The notes: generated from the letters alone by a model not told the origin. Positions 48,904 through 62,370 are shown, counted from the stretch's first letter. The stretch is 64,000 nt of DNA from Lama guanicoe (GCA_013239625.1 MU053557.1:5529842-5593841), one strand, 5' to 3'. Program-made: numbers and translations.

Positions 48904-49523
48904 TGGCAATGGATTAAACTGTGTCCCTCGGAAAAGATATGCTGAAGCCCTAACCTCCACTACCTTAGATTGCGATCTTTCTTTTTTTCTTTTTCTTTTT
49001 GAGGGGGGAGGTAGTTAAGTTTATCCTTTTTTTTTTTTTAAGAGGAGGGACTGGGGATTGAACCCAGGACCTCGTGCACGCTAAGCATGTGTTCTACCAC
49101 TTCAGCTATAGCCTCCCCCTCCTCAGAATGTGATCTTATTTGGGGAAAGCGTCTTTACAGAAGTTCTCAAGTTAAAATTACATCAATAGGGTAGGCCCAA
49201 CCCCTGTGTGACGGATGTCCTTATGAAAAAGGGAAGTTGGACACAGAGACACAAACACAGGGAAGACCCCATGTAAAGATGGAGGCAGCGATCAGGGTGA
49301 TGCATCTACAAGCCAAGGGAAGCTGAAGATTACCAGCAAAGGACCAGAAGCCAGGAGAGAGGCCGGGACAGAGTCCCCCTCACAGCCCTCAGAAGGAACA
49401 GCCCTGCCAACACCTTGACCTTAGACTTCTAGCCTCCCGAAACAGGAGACGGGTAATACATTTCTGGTGTTTAAGCCACCCAGTTTGTGTCCTTTGTTAT
49501 GGCAGCTCTGGTGAACAAATACA
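48904..49523 (+). mobile_element. MaLR solo LTR (MLT1B/C-like), interrupted by a SINE
   Basis: tgtgtccctcggaaaagatatgctgaagccctaacc...gccaacaccttgaccttagacttctagcctcc...tttaagccacccagtttgtg...aaataca. Confidence 0.8.
48980..49120 (-). mobile_element. tRNA-Ala-derived SINE (camelid Vic-1-like) nested in the MLT1 LTR
   Basis: Reverse complement of the SINE head (ctggggattgaacccaggacctcgtgcacgctaagc...ctaccacttcagctata) plus T-tails; degenerate 17-bp direct repeat at 48963-48979 and 49121-49137. Confidence 0.88.
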
Positions 49524-50804
49524 CCTGTGAAATAGAATTTGCTAGAAGACCGGGGTCTGTAGGCCACAGACCTGGAACAGTACCATGGACAGTGAGCACA
49601 CCCTTGTGTGAAGTCCCATGTGCTATGCATTCCAACTACCAGAATTTTTGTAAAAAGGCAACTAACCATGTAAGAGGAAAGAATGGATTACCTTTCTGTT
49701 TTCTCTGTAGGAAATGATTACAAAATCTGTTTCCTACCAAGAGTAAAGCTAAGATGGCACGGGTGGCCTCCCCTCATCCTCCAAATACTACACTACTCCG
49801 GCCATCCAGAACTTTCTCCCATTGTCCACAACTAGGACTCCTCTATTTCCACTCCTGGGACCTTCATCCTGGGCCCGGTGTGTGCTCCCCAGGTCCGGCT
49901 GAGAAAAACCACCAGCTGGGCTCTGTTCCCATGGGCCCAGACAGCAGATTTGAGGTTCTGGAGAATAAAGGGGTCAGAGCAGCCTGGACTCTATCTCCAA
50001 AGCCACTGTTCCTGTCCCTCTCCCCACCCAGAAAACAAAATCAGAGCTATTTCCTCTTAGAACCTGAAGGAACGGTGCCCTCATGTTTGGCCACAGACGT
50101 GCTGTCTCCGTTACCCTGTGAAAGGCCATCTAAACATTGGCGATTCTGCTAGGTTTTTCTTTCCACCTTTTCCTCCTCCTCCCCCCGCCCCCTGCCCCCC
50201 GCCTGGCCTCCAGCCTCCCTTCCATTTTCTCTGCTCCACGGTGTCCTCAGGGGAACCCCTGCCCTCTTCTCCCTTGTAACCCACCTCCTGCCCGTACTTA
50301 CCACCAGCCTCCTTGGCCGACTCTGTCATCAGAGGACCAGCCAGGGTCAAGATTTCCTTAGGGTCTGTCTGAGCTCTTGGCTAAGGACCCAGAGAGCAGT
50401 AGAGGGAACTTTTGGTTGAGTGGTTTGGCTTCAGGGTCCAGGTGGGACACAGTGGTTCCCCAGGTGGAGGGTCGTGTCCGGAGCACCCTCAAACACAACT
50501 TGAGACGTCAAGATTCTGAAGCCATCTCTGAGAAGAGGGTATCCATCAGGATGCTTGGGGGCACAGAAACCCAACCTGCCAGCTTAGGCAAGGAGGGGGA
50601 AGTTTTCCAACTTGTGTAACTATGAGGAAGGAGGTGGGATGGAGGGAAGCTTTGGGAATGACTTGCATTCTCTCCATCTTTTGCCTTTTCCCTTCCAAGA
50701 GTGTCATTTTCATTCTTCCAGACAAGTAGCCCCCAGGCTCACCAGGAAGAAACTCAGGAGTGCTCTTTGTTGGTCCAAGTTAAAAGGTCCTGGAGAACGT
50801 ATAC

Positions 50805-51412
50805 ACTGAGGATGGAAGTGTAAAATGGGACAATCACTGTGAAAAACAGAAAGTTAAACCTAGAATTACCATATGACCCAGCAATTCCACTCCTAGCCAT
50901 GTACCAAAAAAGATTGAAAACAGGGACCCAAATATATATACTTGTACGTGAATGTTCAGAGCAGCACTATTTACAACAGCCTAAAGGTGGAAGCAGCCCA
51001 AATGTCTTTCAAGGGATGAATGAATAAACAAATTGTAGAAAATGCATACAATGAAATAGTACTCAGCCATAGAAAGCATGGAAAGTACTGACAGATGCTA
51101 CAATGTGGATGAACCTCGGAACTAATATACTAAGTGAAAGAAGCTGAACACAAAAGTTCACATATTATATAACTCCATCAAAGTGAAATAACTAGAATAG
51201 GTAAATCCACAGAGACAATGTAGACTGGTACGTTGTCAGGGGAATTGGAAAGGGGTAACTGGAAGCAACTGCTTAACTGATATGAGGTTTCCTTTGGAGC
51301 TGATGAAAAGGTTTTAGAACTCAAGAGAAGTGATGGTTGCGACATTGAATTGAATTGTTCACTTCCTTTTAAAAGGTTAATTGTAGGTTAGGTGAATTTC
51401 ACCACAATAAAA
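50805..51412 (+). mobile_element. L1 (L1MB-like) 3' fragment: ORF2 end plus 3'UTR
   Basis: agaattaccatatgacccagcaattccactcctag (ELPYDPAIPLL), cagcactatttacaacagc, atgaacctcggaac...taagtgaaagaagc, ending caataaaa. Confidence 0.85.
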
Positions 51413-52924
51413 TGTCAAAGTCCCAAAGAAGAGCTCTGACTGGCCTAGCTTGGGTCAGGTGCCAACCCTAGGCAATCAACAGGGACTCAGGGGTAGATCT
51501 GCAAAGAGATGGCAGCTCCCACTGGAGACACATAGTTATAGTCGGAGGAAGTTACATATCCTGGAGAGATGGGAGACAGGGTGCTCATCTGAGAAGATGA
51601 AACTTTAGTTTAATAAATAACAGAACCATTAAACATCAGAGCTCAAAGAGAACTGGAAAGAAGTTCTAATGTCCTTCTGTTTATAAAAGCAACATGCTTA
51701 TTGCATACAACTTAGAAAACCTTGAAAATACTTAGAAAAATAAAATCAGCATAACTTTCGTGACTCACATTATCATGAGACCTTTCTTCTGCGCATTTCC
51801 AATTACAGACACACGTATGGATAAAAATGCCTTTAATACATTTTATTCTGTCTCTTGCTTTTTTCACTTAATCTATTTTGGACTTTTTTTAATGTCATCA
51901 AATGTAGATTCATGCCATCATTTTAATATCTGTGAGAGAAGCAATTTTGAGTGGAAGGCTCTGAAAGACTCCTTTGATGAAGTGGCATTTGAACAGACCC
52001 TTAAAGGATCAAGAGGCAGAGACGGCAGCCAGGGCTTTCTTAGCAGAGGAAGCACTGTGGACGAAAGTCAAGTCAGTGACCATTCACTCTGCCTGCTAGA
52101 AGCCAGCCTTTGATGGATGAGGGAGCCAGAGGGGGAGGTAATTTGACCAAGGTCATACAATGAGTTAGTGTTAAGTGGGGCAACTTGAACCTGAGATTCC
52201 CAATCCCCAGTTTGGGACTTTGGTTTCTTCACACGGCGCTCGAGGCCCTGCATCACCTGGTTCTCATCCTGTTTCCTTATCTTAATCAAAAATGACAGCT
52301 GGTCATGGGTCACACTCTGTCTCTTCTTCATGCCCAGACAGGGAAATCGAGGCCCATTGAGGGAAGGGCTGTCTGAGGCCCCTGAGCAGGAGGGTAACAG
52401 TGGCTCACGTAGAGACAGCCCTCATGGCATGTTAGGTCCCGAGCTGGGGCTTAGCCTGCATTCCACTTAGAGCCCCCTCCCCCTCTCCCCAGGGCTGTGC
52501 CTGTGCCACGCCTGAGTCACAGCGGGCCAGCCAGCCTGCTGTGAGTCAGCAGCATTCTTCAGGGCTGAGAGCACCGCAGTACAGCCACAAGGCCCTCGCC
52601 TGCACCTCTATGAGCCTGGCGCATCCTCCAGCTAGGCTGGACGTCCGAGAGTCAGCCAGATGAGTGGCCTCAGGTCATGGCCTAACAGCCTGGGAGCTGA
52701 ACTGTGGGGGCCTTGGGGATTCGGATGACTCAGAGAAACCTCAGCTACCTCTGGGCTGCCCGGAACCTGGATGTTGACCCCATGTGCTCTTTGTGAAGGA
52801 GCCTGGGGTGGCAGGCCCTGGCAACTGTCTAGGATAGGGGAGGAGGTGGGGGGCAGTGAGAAGGTTCTCCGACAACCCCTCCACCCAAGTCATGCCCCAC
52901 ATCTGGGTGCAGGGCGGGAATATT

Positions 52925-53150
52925 AAGAGCACAGACTTTACCATGAGACAAACCTGGTTTGCAGCTGGAGTCTGCTGCTTATGCATGTGGGAACTTGGCA
53001 AGTTACTTAACTTTTCTCTGAAAATGGGAAAATAGTACCCACCTCAGAGGGCTACGGCAGGACTAAATGAGATAATGTATACACTGCACTCAGCACAGTG
53101 AGTGCAGGGCAGAGAGAAAGCACTTAACAACTGAGTGCTTCTTATTAAGA
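52925..53150 (+). mobile_element. MIR SINE
   Basis: ttaagagcacagactt...cttggcaagttacttaac...aaaatgggaaaatagtacccacctcagaggg...taaatgagataatgtat. Confidence 0.75.
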
Positions 53151-54564
53151 GAACAGTAAATATTGTCCAGTCTCTCTTCTGGCATTCTTCTTTTATTCAT
53201 TCACCCATTCGCTCATTCATTTGCTCACCCAGTATTTACTGAGTACTTACCAGGTGGGGACAGAGCTGAGAACAGGCTTTCTAGAGACTAGAGTTCATCT
53301 AGTTGCTGATGTTCATTGGCTGAGCAGAGAAAGCACAGATATTGATAGCTGCAACCTCCACGATAGTGGAACTTATATCCTGGTGGGGGAAAGTGACATC
53401 GTAAATAGGTAAACGAATAATAAGCAAGAAAATGACAGATATGGTTGAGGGTGTTCAGGGGAGGCCACTTAGATGGTGTGGCCAGAGGCGGCCTCTCTAA
53501 CGGGGTGATGCTTACAATGAGATGCGAGGGTTGAACCGTCAGAGGCCAACCGGGAGGAGCGCTTCAGTCAGGGCAAGGGCAAGCTCCAGCGCCCAGGGAA
53601 GGTCTGCTGCAGAAGGAAGGACAAGGAGGCTCCCAGAGTGGCAGGACTCTTCAGGCTGTGTTAAAACATGTTCATGTCTTTCTCAGTGCAATTCCATGCC
53701 TCTGTGGGCTGGGGTTCCAGGACAAGACCCCTGAACATCTGAATCAGAACTCAGCTGGGAAGAGCTTGACCATTTTCCCAAGGGGGCAGCCTGTGTCCTG
53801 TCCAGGCTGCTGTGACCCTCAGCCCTCCCAGCATTAGCAGGGCCCTTGGAGGCGAGCCGCTCCCTGGAGCAGGGAGACCACAGCAAAGCCACCCAGCGCC
53901 GGCTGCTTCTGGCGGGGGGCCTGCGCCCTCCGGCTGCATTCCTGGAGCAAATCTGCCCAACTAGCCAGACCTGAGGAATGCAGGATCACCCCCTACCCCA
54001 GACACAAGGAGCCTTTTCTCACCTAGGCCCCTGGAGTGAGGCTTTCTGGGGGCTGAATTTCACTGACTTCTGCTGTTTACGGTTAAGGCCTTTGCTGAGC
54101 AGAGAAAACACAGCTGTCAGCCAGAGACCCAGTACAACACCTGCAGGGAGGGACCAGGACCGGGGATGGTCGGGGGACTGCCAGGCTCACTGGGGTCCTC
54201 TCCCTGCCTACAGAGTTCATTCACACTGGCATTCAAGGACCTGCATCTACAGTGACTCTCCTAAGCAAATATGACAGCCTGCTGTAGTAACCTGAACCCA
54301 CTTCAGAGACAGGGAAACTGAGGCCACCAGCTAGATCATAATAATTGCTGATGTTGCAGACTTATTCTGGGTCAGCATTGCGGTAAGAGATTGACCAGCT
54401 TTTCACAAGAATCCTGTAATGTGGTTGCTCATGTTACTGCCATTTTACAGATGGGGAAACTGAGGCTTAGAGAGATTCAATTACATGCCCGATGTCCAGG
54501 AACTATTAAATGGAAGAATCTGGATCTGAACCTAGGCCTTCTGAGTCTAAAGCTCACTCTGGCT

Positions 54565-54920
54565 TTTTCTTTTTTTTTTTTTCTGGTCTTGTTTTATTTA
54601 CTTAAATTAATTTTGCTCTCAAAGGAAACTTCTCATTACAACTATTAATGAAAAACCCATACTGGGCAAAGGTAAAAATAAATGCAATGAAAACCAATTA
54701 ACGTTAGTAAATTCTAACTAAATACTGTTGCTGTTCAAAGGCCTGAACTTGAGAGGGGCTCTCAACTGGTGAAAAAGAGAGATTAACACACCTCGAAAAA
54801 CTGTCTATGACACACGAGTGCCGAACGGAGGCTTTCTCCTTGAAGGAATCCGAAACGAAAATGAGAGTGGAAAGGAAATCAGGTTTTCACCATGCGCTTC
54901 CCAGTCGTTAAAAATGTAGC
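54565..54920. mobile_element. hAT-Charlie transposon relic (Charlie4-like)
   Basis: aaaaataaatgcaatgaaaac...taaattctaactaaatactgttgc...gctttctccttga resembles the recalled Charlie4 consensus. Confidence 0.5.
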
Positions 54921-54924
54921 GCGA

Positions 54925-55311
54925 CTGTGTGGTCCTCATTAGTGCCGTTCACCAAACATCTCTGGTTCTCTGCACCCCGCCCCCCAACCCCAGGCACAAG
55001 GAAGGATGGCACCTCCTGGGCCTTTCGTGGTTGGGTGGGGTCACGTGACCAGCTCTGGTCCCGAATTGTACATTATTTTAGGCTGGAGCATTTAATTGCT
55101 TGTTTGAGGACCTCCAACATTCTCTTTTCTAGAAAGTGGATGCCTCATAGTCTGGCTCCCAGAGTGAGGCCAGTGCCATGGAGGATGAACCCCTCATGGA
55201 GCCACAGTGAATATATAACATGGGCAAGAAATCAGCCCTGTTGTCATAAGCCATTAAAGCTTTCAGGTTGTTTATTTGACACAGCACAACCTGACTATTC
55301 TAACTAATGCA
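54925..55311 (+). mobile_element. MaLR solo LTR (MLT1I/J-like)
   Basis: tgtgtggtc...ttcaccaaacat...gggtggggtcacgtgaccagctctgg...ctggagcatttaattgc...cagcacaacctgactattctaactaatgca. Confidence 0.65.
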
Positions 55312-55937
55312 GCATGTCATCCAGAATCGCACTGAAGTTGAAGCCCTCTCTGCAGAGCCCACGGTCTTAAATGCTGTGTCACACTGAGGCCAAGTCTTTG
55401 TCTTTCTCACCGAATGCTCTTACCTTTATCGGATCCGCTTCCCTGAGTTCACTACCTTGGAGAACAAACTATTTCCCCTAAGTGCCCTTGACACTCCCTT
55501 TCCCGGAGCTTTGCTTGTGCATTTGGTTCTAGCAGGAATGAGACACACCCCCATCTCTGCACCAGCCCAGCGTGGTGGTCAAGAGGCAGAGCGCCTGTGT
55601 CTGGATGCAGGCGCTGCCTGTTGCTAGCTGTGTGATCCTAGACATGTCACTTCACCTCCCTGGGAAACAGTGTCCTCATCTATAACGTGGAGATGGCAGT
55701 ACGACTCTGCTACTCACAGAGCTGTTGTGAGGAGTCAGTGTGTTAATATGGGTAAAGCCCATGGAACCCTGTCTGCTGCTTAGTAAGACATTTGTAAGCA
55801 TTAAACTAAACTGCGATCCCTGCTCATTGGAATCCTGTCTTGGCCTTGCTTCTGGCTGGGGCGTGGGAGGCCTGGGACCCTCGCCCCTTACTCCTTAGAA
55901 TCCCTTGGGATACTAGGTGGAAAGATTGGATACCAAA

Positions 55938-56386
55938 TCTATTAGTTTGCCAGAGGTGCCGAAATAAAGTGCCACAAGCTGAGGTAGCTTAAAACAACAG
56001 AAATTTGTCCTCTCACAGTTCTGGAGGCTACGTGTCCAAAATCAAGGTGTCAGTAGAACCATGTTCCCTTTGAGATTCTGGGTAGAATCCTTGCTCGCCT
56101 CTCCCAACTTCTGGTGGTGGCCATCAATCCTGAGTCGTCCTTCACTTGCAGAAACATCTCTCCAGTCTCTGGCCCTGTCATGTCACATGGCATTCTCTTC
56201 CTGTTTGTCTCTTCTCTTTTTATAAGGTCACCAGTCCTATTGGATTGGCCCTCCCTCCCAGTCCAGTATGACCTCATTTTAACTTGATTTCATCTGCAAG
56301 ACTCTATTTCCAAATCAGGTCACAATCGGGTACTGGGGTTAGGACATCAACATATCTTTTGGAGGGACAAAATTTAACCCAAAACA
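55938..56386 (-). mobile_element. MaLR solo LTR (MLT1B/C-like)
   Basis: attagtttgc...gcttaaaacaacagaaatttgtcctctcacagttctggaggcta...tccagtatgacctcattttaact...gttaggacatcaacatatctttt; inverted homologue of the LTR at 48904. Confidence 0.8.
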
Positions 56387-57569
56387 CCAGGAGTCGGGAG
56401 ACATGGCCCCTTGACCTCTGGCTTCCCCATGGAGGCCATAGAAATTGGGACAGAGGAGGTGAGTGGGGAGCTCTGGCCTGGTCACCAGGACACCTGGACA
56501 CGGCCTTCAGCTCTCAGGGTGACCCTGGGTGCTCCCCTTTCTGGCCTCATTCTTCTTCATGGTAAGAAGAGGAAAAGCATCCCCCACTGCCACCCCCAAC
56601 CAGGTTCTTGTGAGACCCAAACAAGGTGGGGCTTTGCCACCTGAAACCCTGAGCACAGATCCAAAGACTTGCTCTGAGCCCTTGACCTCTCTCTCATCCT
56701 CTCACTTGAGCTGGGAAGTTACTGCAATGGCAGTTTCCCTACTGATCCTGCTGATTAAACATGCCCGAGGCTGAACGCTCAGCCCACCACCCTCTCCATC
56801 CCTTCCCTTGTGAACTCATCCTTTCTCCTGGCTTCCTTAGTTCGGTTCCTTGGCTCTCCAAGTCTTCATTTCCTTCTCTGTAAAGTAGGAAGATTGGCTG
56901 CCACCCCATATGCTTGTTGGGAGGATTAAATTTAGAGGCAGTGCAGTTAAGTCAGCACAGTGCCTGACACATGGTACATTTGAATAAATATTCATTAATA
57001 TTGATTCGATCATCACCACAGGGAAATAGCACGTACAACATATGGACAGACAGTGCGTTGGAGCCATTGCATCTCCCCTTAGCTCTGGGCCTTCATTCAT
57101 GCCTTCATCCAGCAGCCTTTGATTCAGCCCCCTACTCAGTGCCTTGCCAGGCTTCAAAGAGGACGGATCTGGTTGGTTTATAAATCGCACTGGCTAGGCT
57201 TGCTGTGTGGCTTGGGGAACGGTGTCCTTTCTCTGATCCTCCGTCTTCTTGTCTGCACAATGAGACCATGAGGCTGGGCAATCTCTGGGAGTTCCACCAG
57301 CTTTCCTGTTGTGTGATTCTAGCCTGGGGTGATCCTTTAGGGCACTTCTGGCCCCGACCAGGAGGAGCTGAGGGCACAGTGGCAGGAGCTCAAAGGCCAG
57401 GGCTCCTGGCTCTGCTTCCTGCTCTGCCACTGACATGCTTGGGCAATTCCTTCCCCTCTTTGGGATCTTTCCTCCTTTATCACAGAAGAGGCTGGCTGGG
57501 ATGAAAGGCCAGTCTCCTGTCCTCCAGTTGAACAACCAGCCACCCTTTGAAACATGTCAAGTTTACCCT

Positions 57570-57915
57570 CACCACCCGCCCTTAACCCCTGCTGTGCCCT
57601 CCGCCAGGAGCACCGTTCCTCCATGTGCGCGGTACACTGCTTCACTTCATTCAGGTCTTTGAAATTCAGCAAAGCCTTCCCGTCCCACCCTACCTGAAAC
57701 CACATGGGTATACACAGCCCTGATACTGTTTTTCCTTAAAACATTTCTCATTGCCTGACATCACACTGTACACTTATTTGTAGCTTATTGCATCCCAGGC
57801 TCCCCAACTAGCACATAAGCCCTGTAATGATGGGGACCTTCTCCATCCTATTCAACACAGCATCTCAGTGCTTAACATAGGATCAGGCACATAGTAGGTG
57901 CTTGATATATTGTGG
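57570..57915 (+). mobile_element. L2 LINE 3' end
   Basis: tgctgtgccctccgccagg...cttcattcaggtct...ggcacatagtaggtgcttgatatatt. Confidence 0.65.
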
Positions 57916-57937
57916 AAGGAAGCAAAGGAGGGAGAGA

Positions 57938-58005
57938 GGAAGGAAGGAAGGAAGGAAGGAAGGAAGGAAGGAAGGAAGGAAGGAAGGAAGGAAGGAAAGA
58001 AGGAA
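57938..58005. repeat. (GGAA)n tetranucleotide microsatellite, 15 perfect units at 57938-57997
   Basis: Seen directly; lies just after the L2 3' end. Confidence 0.9.
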
Positions 58006-59429
58006 GGGAGTGTTCCCTACATCCATGAATTTAGCCAAGATCACCTACGAAGCCTTTTCTTTCTCACCATCGCGGTTGCTAAGCAATGTCTTTTTAGCTT
58101 GTATTTATCAATCAACCAATATTTACTGCCCACTGGCCCTAACCCAGGCATGGAGCTGAGCCTAGGGGATATGGAAGTAAACTTGGAGCTCCAGGCTGTC
58201 TCCTCTCAGATCTTACAGCCTCTGAGGAAGAGTCAAATAATAAACCAGGCTTGTGGTCAGTGCAATCACGGAGAACAGGGCACCATGTGACAAATAGGAC
58301 TGAGAGCAGGCTGGGAGGCAGGGAGGAGTTAGAGGAAAGCTTCTCAGAGTAAGCGACAGGGGACCTGAGTGGTCACTCACAGGAAGGGGAGGGAGGTTGG
58401 GTGACCAGGTGCCTGGTGGGGACCGTGGCAGTCAGTCCAGGGGCAGTGCTGAGCCATCCTGGCCTGAGCCTCCTCTACCTGTTTCCCTGGGAACCCTTTC
58501 TCCCTAGCTGCCTGGTTAGACCTTCCCACCCTCAGCCAAGCAAGGCCCTCTGTCTACTCTGCACATGAGGTGGCAGGTCCTTTCTCTCTGAGCTGTCCTT
58601 GTCTTCTGGTGGACTGGCGGCTGCCTAACCCCCCACCATGGAGCATGCCCGCCCTCCCTCCCACTGTGGCACACACACTGGGATAGGGCTCTGGACACCC
58701 CTCACCCCCAATCTCTACTGTGCTGCAGCTTCCAGACTGGGCTCCTGTCTCTCCAGCCTCACTTCCAGCGCATCGCCGCTCTGATTCCTTCTACTTTTTC
58801 TCCCTACCCATCTTTTCCCTTCCCCTGAGGCTTGGGTGCAACCCTGTGTTTCCTCCTAGAGTCAGGCCCTGGTCAGCCCCGGGTGATGTTGGAAGATGGG
58901 CAGGGAGGCCCTTTGCAGGCAGACTCTACTGAGGAGGGAGAAGACGATGACGAAGATGAAGAAGAAGTAGACAGAGAGGAATGAGGAGGAGGAAGAGAAG
59001 GAGCAGGGCTCCCCTGAACCACGCCCTTTACAAGCCTCATCTCATTGCATCCACACAAGGACTCTCTTGTTAGTCCCATTTTACAGATGAAGGCCTACAA
59101 CACTTGCCTTGCCTTAGTAGGTGTTCGAGCAGGGGCTCTAAGCCAGGGCGCCAGCACCAAAGCCCTCTGCGCCATCTCCCCCTCCACCCACTTTGGAAAA
59201 GCAGAGCATGCAGAGCCCACCAGCTCCACACCCCTATGGTGGTGCTTGCCTGGGCCACCGAGTGAGCCAACAGTCTGCTCCTGCTCCAGGGAATTCAGCA
59301 GTTTCCCCTGATGAGGGAGTGGGATAGGGTTGGGAAACGATCAGAATTATAGATCTTTTCAAGTTTGGGCAAAACCTTGGGGAAAAGAATTAGGTAGCCA
59401 TCCTGCCCTCTAGACAACTTCATAAATAA

Positions 59430-59650
59430 TAATTATTACAACAAATTACCACTTATGTAGTGCTTACTGTGTGCCAGGTCCTGCTCTAGGCCATTACGCA
59501 TGCATCAACTGGCTTGAGCTTCACAAAAACAATTGCCCCCACTTTACCGATGAGGAGACTGAGGCAAGGAAAAGTTATATCCACACAGCTGCTAAGTGAC
59601 TGTGCTGTAATTGAAGCCAGTGGGCTGCAAAGTCAAGCTCTTAAGCTCAA
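59430..59650 (-). mobile_element. MIR SINE
   Basis: gtgcttactgtgtgccagg...tttaccgatgaggagactgaggc. Confidence 0.7.
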
Positions 59651-61094
59651 CTGATAAAGCATTTCGAAGGCACCAACATAGCTCTTGTACAGAGACCCAG
59701 GCTCACCCCGCCCCATGTTGGAACACACAAGGGCAAAGGGAACGGTCATCACAGCCCACATACACCCCCCAGCCCTTGTCCTCAACCTCCTGAACTTTTG
59801 TCCTCCAGACCAGAAGCCATTTTCTCAGTGATGGGACTGGATGCCTCTTGGAAAGAAAATACAATTTTCTTTTCCATTCAACAAGCCCGTGTTTCTCTCC
59901 CCTACCTCCAACCCCAAGTATTTACTTCGGCAAGGAAATGGCCTTTGAAGTCGTCACTTCTTGAAAGCTGAGAGAGAGGGGGAGGCACTACAAACATTTA
60001 CAAGCATGTCCACATTTTGGTTGGAACATGGAATTTTTTAAAGGATTAATAACAGTTTTTGGAATCCACAGACCCTGCTGCACTTTCAAGGTGAAAAAAA
60101 TAACCTCTTGGCTATCACAGCTTTCAGGGTCTGGGGGAATAGCCTGCTGGGCCAGAGAGCAGTGCCAAGGGGCTCCTTAAGGCAGAACTAGGCAGAGTCT
60201 GATGAGGAACAGCTCCAAATCTGGTCCAAATGGAAGACTTCATAGCTCTGTAGCAAAGTGAAAGTGCGAACATTGCAGTTTTTCCTAAAGCTTCATTCGC
60301 TCAGCTTAAAAAATGGTCTTTTGTTCAGGAGTTATACCCTTCCTGCTTTATTTGATATCCAAATTTCTTTCTTTAAGGTAATCATCACTATATTGAACAA
60401 TAGTCTTTAAAAAAACGTATTTAGCAAAAGAAAGTAGTTGGCAATCCAATCTCAGTCTCCCAGTTTTTGATTTAAAAAAAAGCTTTGAAATGTGTGTGGT
60501 CTATGAAATCCCAGATCTGAGTGTACAGTTGAGGAGGAAGAAGCATCTGGACACAAGATATCACAGTCCAAAGTAGAAACAGTGGTAAGACGTCGGCCAA
60601 AGTGCCGAAGAGGTTCAGGGGAGGTCTCTCCACGTAGATCCTGGGGAAGGCCTCTCAGGGAAGGGGGCACTGGTCCAGGCCAGGAAGGGCAGGGACCACT
60701 GCACACTCAGGGCCAAGGGACTGCTCCATGGTGGGGTGTGGGAGGGAGCAAAGCGGAGGAGGAATACACAGCACAGCCTTGAGTGGATACCTGCCTGCCC
60801 ACAGGCTCCCCCCAGTAGCTGGTCTCATGTGCTTCCCAAGTCAACCCTGCAAAAAAAGTCTTCTTCAATTATCCCCATCTGACCTCCCAGGAAATGAAAG
60901 CCCAACAAAGTTAAAGCCATGTGCAAGGTGGCCCAAGAGTCTAAGCTCTTTCCTTTCTATGTCGCCGCTTTCCATTCAATGGTGAAGTTAATTTCAACAG
61001 AGAAAGCAGATCTACAACATACCAAACTGTTCATCCGTAGCTATTTGGGAAGATGAGACCAGAGGTGAATTTTTTTCTACTTTTCTGTATAACT

Positions 61095-61220
61095 CATTGC
61101 TGGGGGTGGGGCAGCTAATTAAGTTCTTATTTATTTATTTAATGGAGATACTGGGGATTGAACCCAGAACCTTGTGCATGCTAAGCACTCACTCTACCAC
61201 TGAGCTACACCCTTCCCCCC
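61095..61220 (-). mobile_element. tRNA-Ala-derived SINE (camelid Vic-1-like)
   Basis: (ttta)n linker then tggagatactggggattgaacccagaaccttgtgcatgctaagc...ctaccactgagctacaccc; GTATAAC direct repeat on both flanks. Confidence 0.88.
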
Positions 61221-61859
61221 ACCGTATAACATTTTAAATTTAAGTGTGAAATTCTTTAAAATAGAAAAGAGGCGGGTGCATGGATTCATTGTTTTAGTGG
61301 TTTTTACCTGTAGGACAAGAAGATTTATGGAGTTTCCTGGCCATTCTCCAAGCTTCCCTTCTAGGGCCACTTGCTTTCTCTTTGTCTGTCATTCCCTCTG
61401 GCTCTAGACTCTAGCCCACCCCCTTTCAGGGCCCCAGCCTGGCCCTAACCTATGGCTAACTGTCAGGACCAGACTGTGTTGTGATAAACCAGAGCATGTG
61501 GACCAGTGGCAAGACCATGGGCCTGGGAGAGAAAGTAGGTCTACTCCCTGCTCTGCCATGAACGCACTGTGTGGCCTTGGGCAAGACCCTCTCCCTCTCT
61601 GGGCCTGATGGTACAGTAGGGCCCTTTCATACAGCATGGTCTACAGTTGAATTACTGTAATGGCCAAGGAGGCAACCCCACCCATCAGATCCCTTCTTGG
61701 GTTTCCTCCTTATCCACAAAGAGCAGAGAGGGAGTGAGGCAGGGCAGCCTGGGGAGAGAGGCCTGTGGTACAGCGGAAAGAACGCTGGGCTTGACTTCTG
61801 GCATTCTAAGTTGAGTCTCTAGATAGGCAATATGTGCCCCTCTTGGGACCTCTGTCCCT

Positions 61860-62370
61860 TCTACTCCAAACTCTGTGGCTTCCAGCTGCCCTGAGAATAA
61901 ATCCTAAATTCCTTGTCGTGATCCTACACGATCCATCTCACTGGTCTCCTGTCCTCACATCCCTGCCTCTTGCTCATGTCCTTCCTGCCACACTAGCCCC
62001 CTGCCTTCCCTCCAAGCTCCTGTACCCTCAGGGCCTTTGCACTGGCTGTTCCCTCTGCCTGGAACTCTCTTCTTTAGATCTTTACATGGCTGCCTCCTTC
62101 CTGAATCTGGAGCCCCAGCTGAAATATCACTTCTCAGAGAGGTTTCCCCAACTGCCCACGAGCTTGTGTCAGCATCTCACAGCCTCGTCACCATTTGAAC
62201 ATGTCCTGTTTGTTTGTTCTCTTTATTGTCTGTGTGCACGCCCACCCCGCCTTGTCTTTGCCTCCCTGAAACAATCAGCATCATGCCAGCTGGGACCTTC
62301 TGTCTTCTCCCTACTGTGACCTCAGTGCTTAGACAGTCAATAAATATTTGACGAACAGGTGGATGAATGT
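61860..62370 (+). mobile_element. L2 LINE 3' fragment
   Basis: agaataaatcctaaattcctt...cctcagggcctttgcactggctgttccctctgcctggaac...tcaataaatatttgacgaa. Confidence 0.75.

Noticed and set aside
50839..51027. ORF containing ELPYDPAIPLL
   Set aside because: Decayed L1 ORF2 C-terminal fragment, not a host gene.
57898..58290. ORF with KEGR repeats
   Set aside because: Translation of the (GGAA)n microsatellite.
58930..59005. Purine-rich stretch resembling an acidic coding exon
   Set aside because: Short, hits a stop in the acidic frame and has no convincing splice sites; low-complexity DNA.
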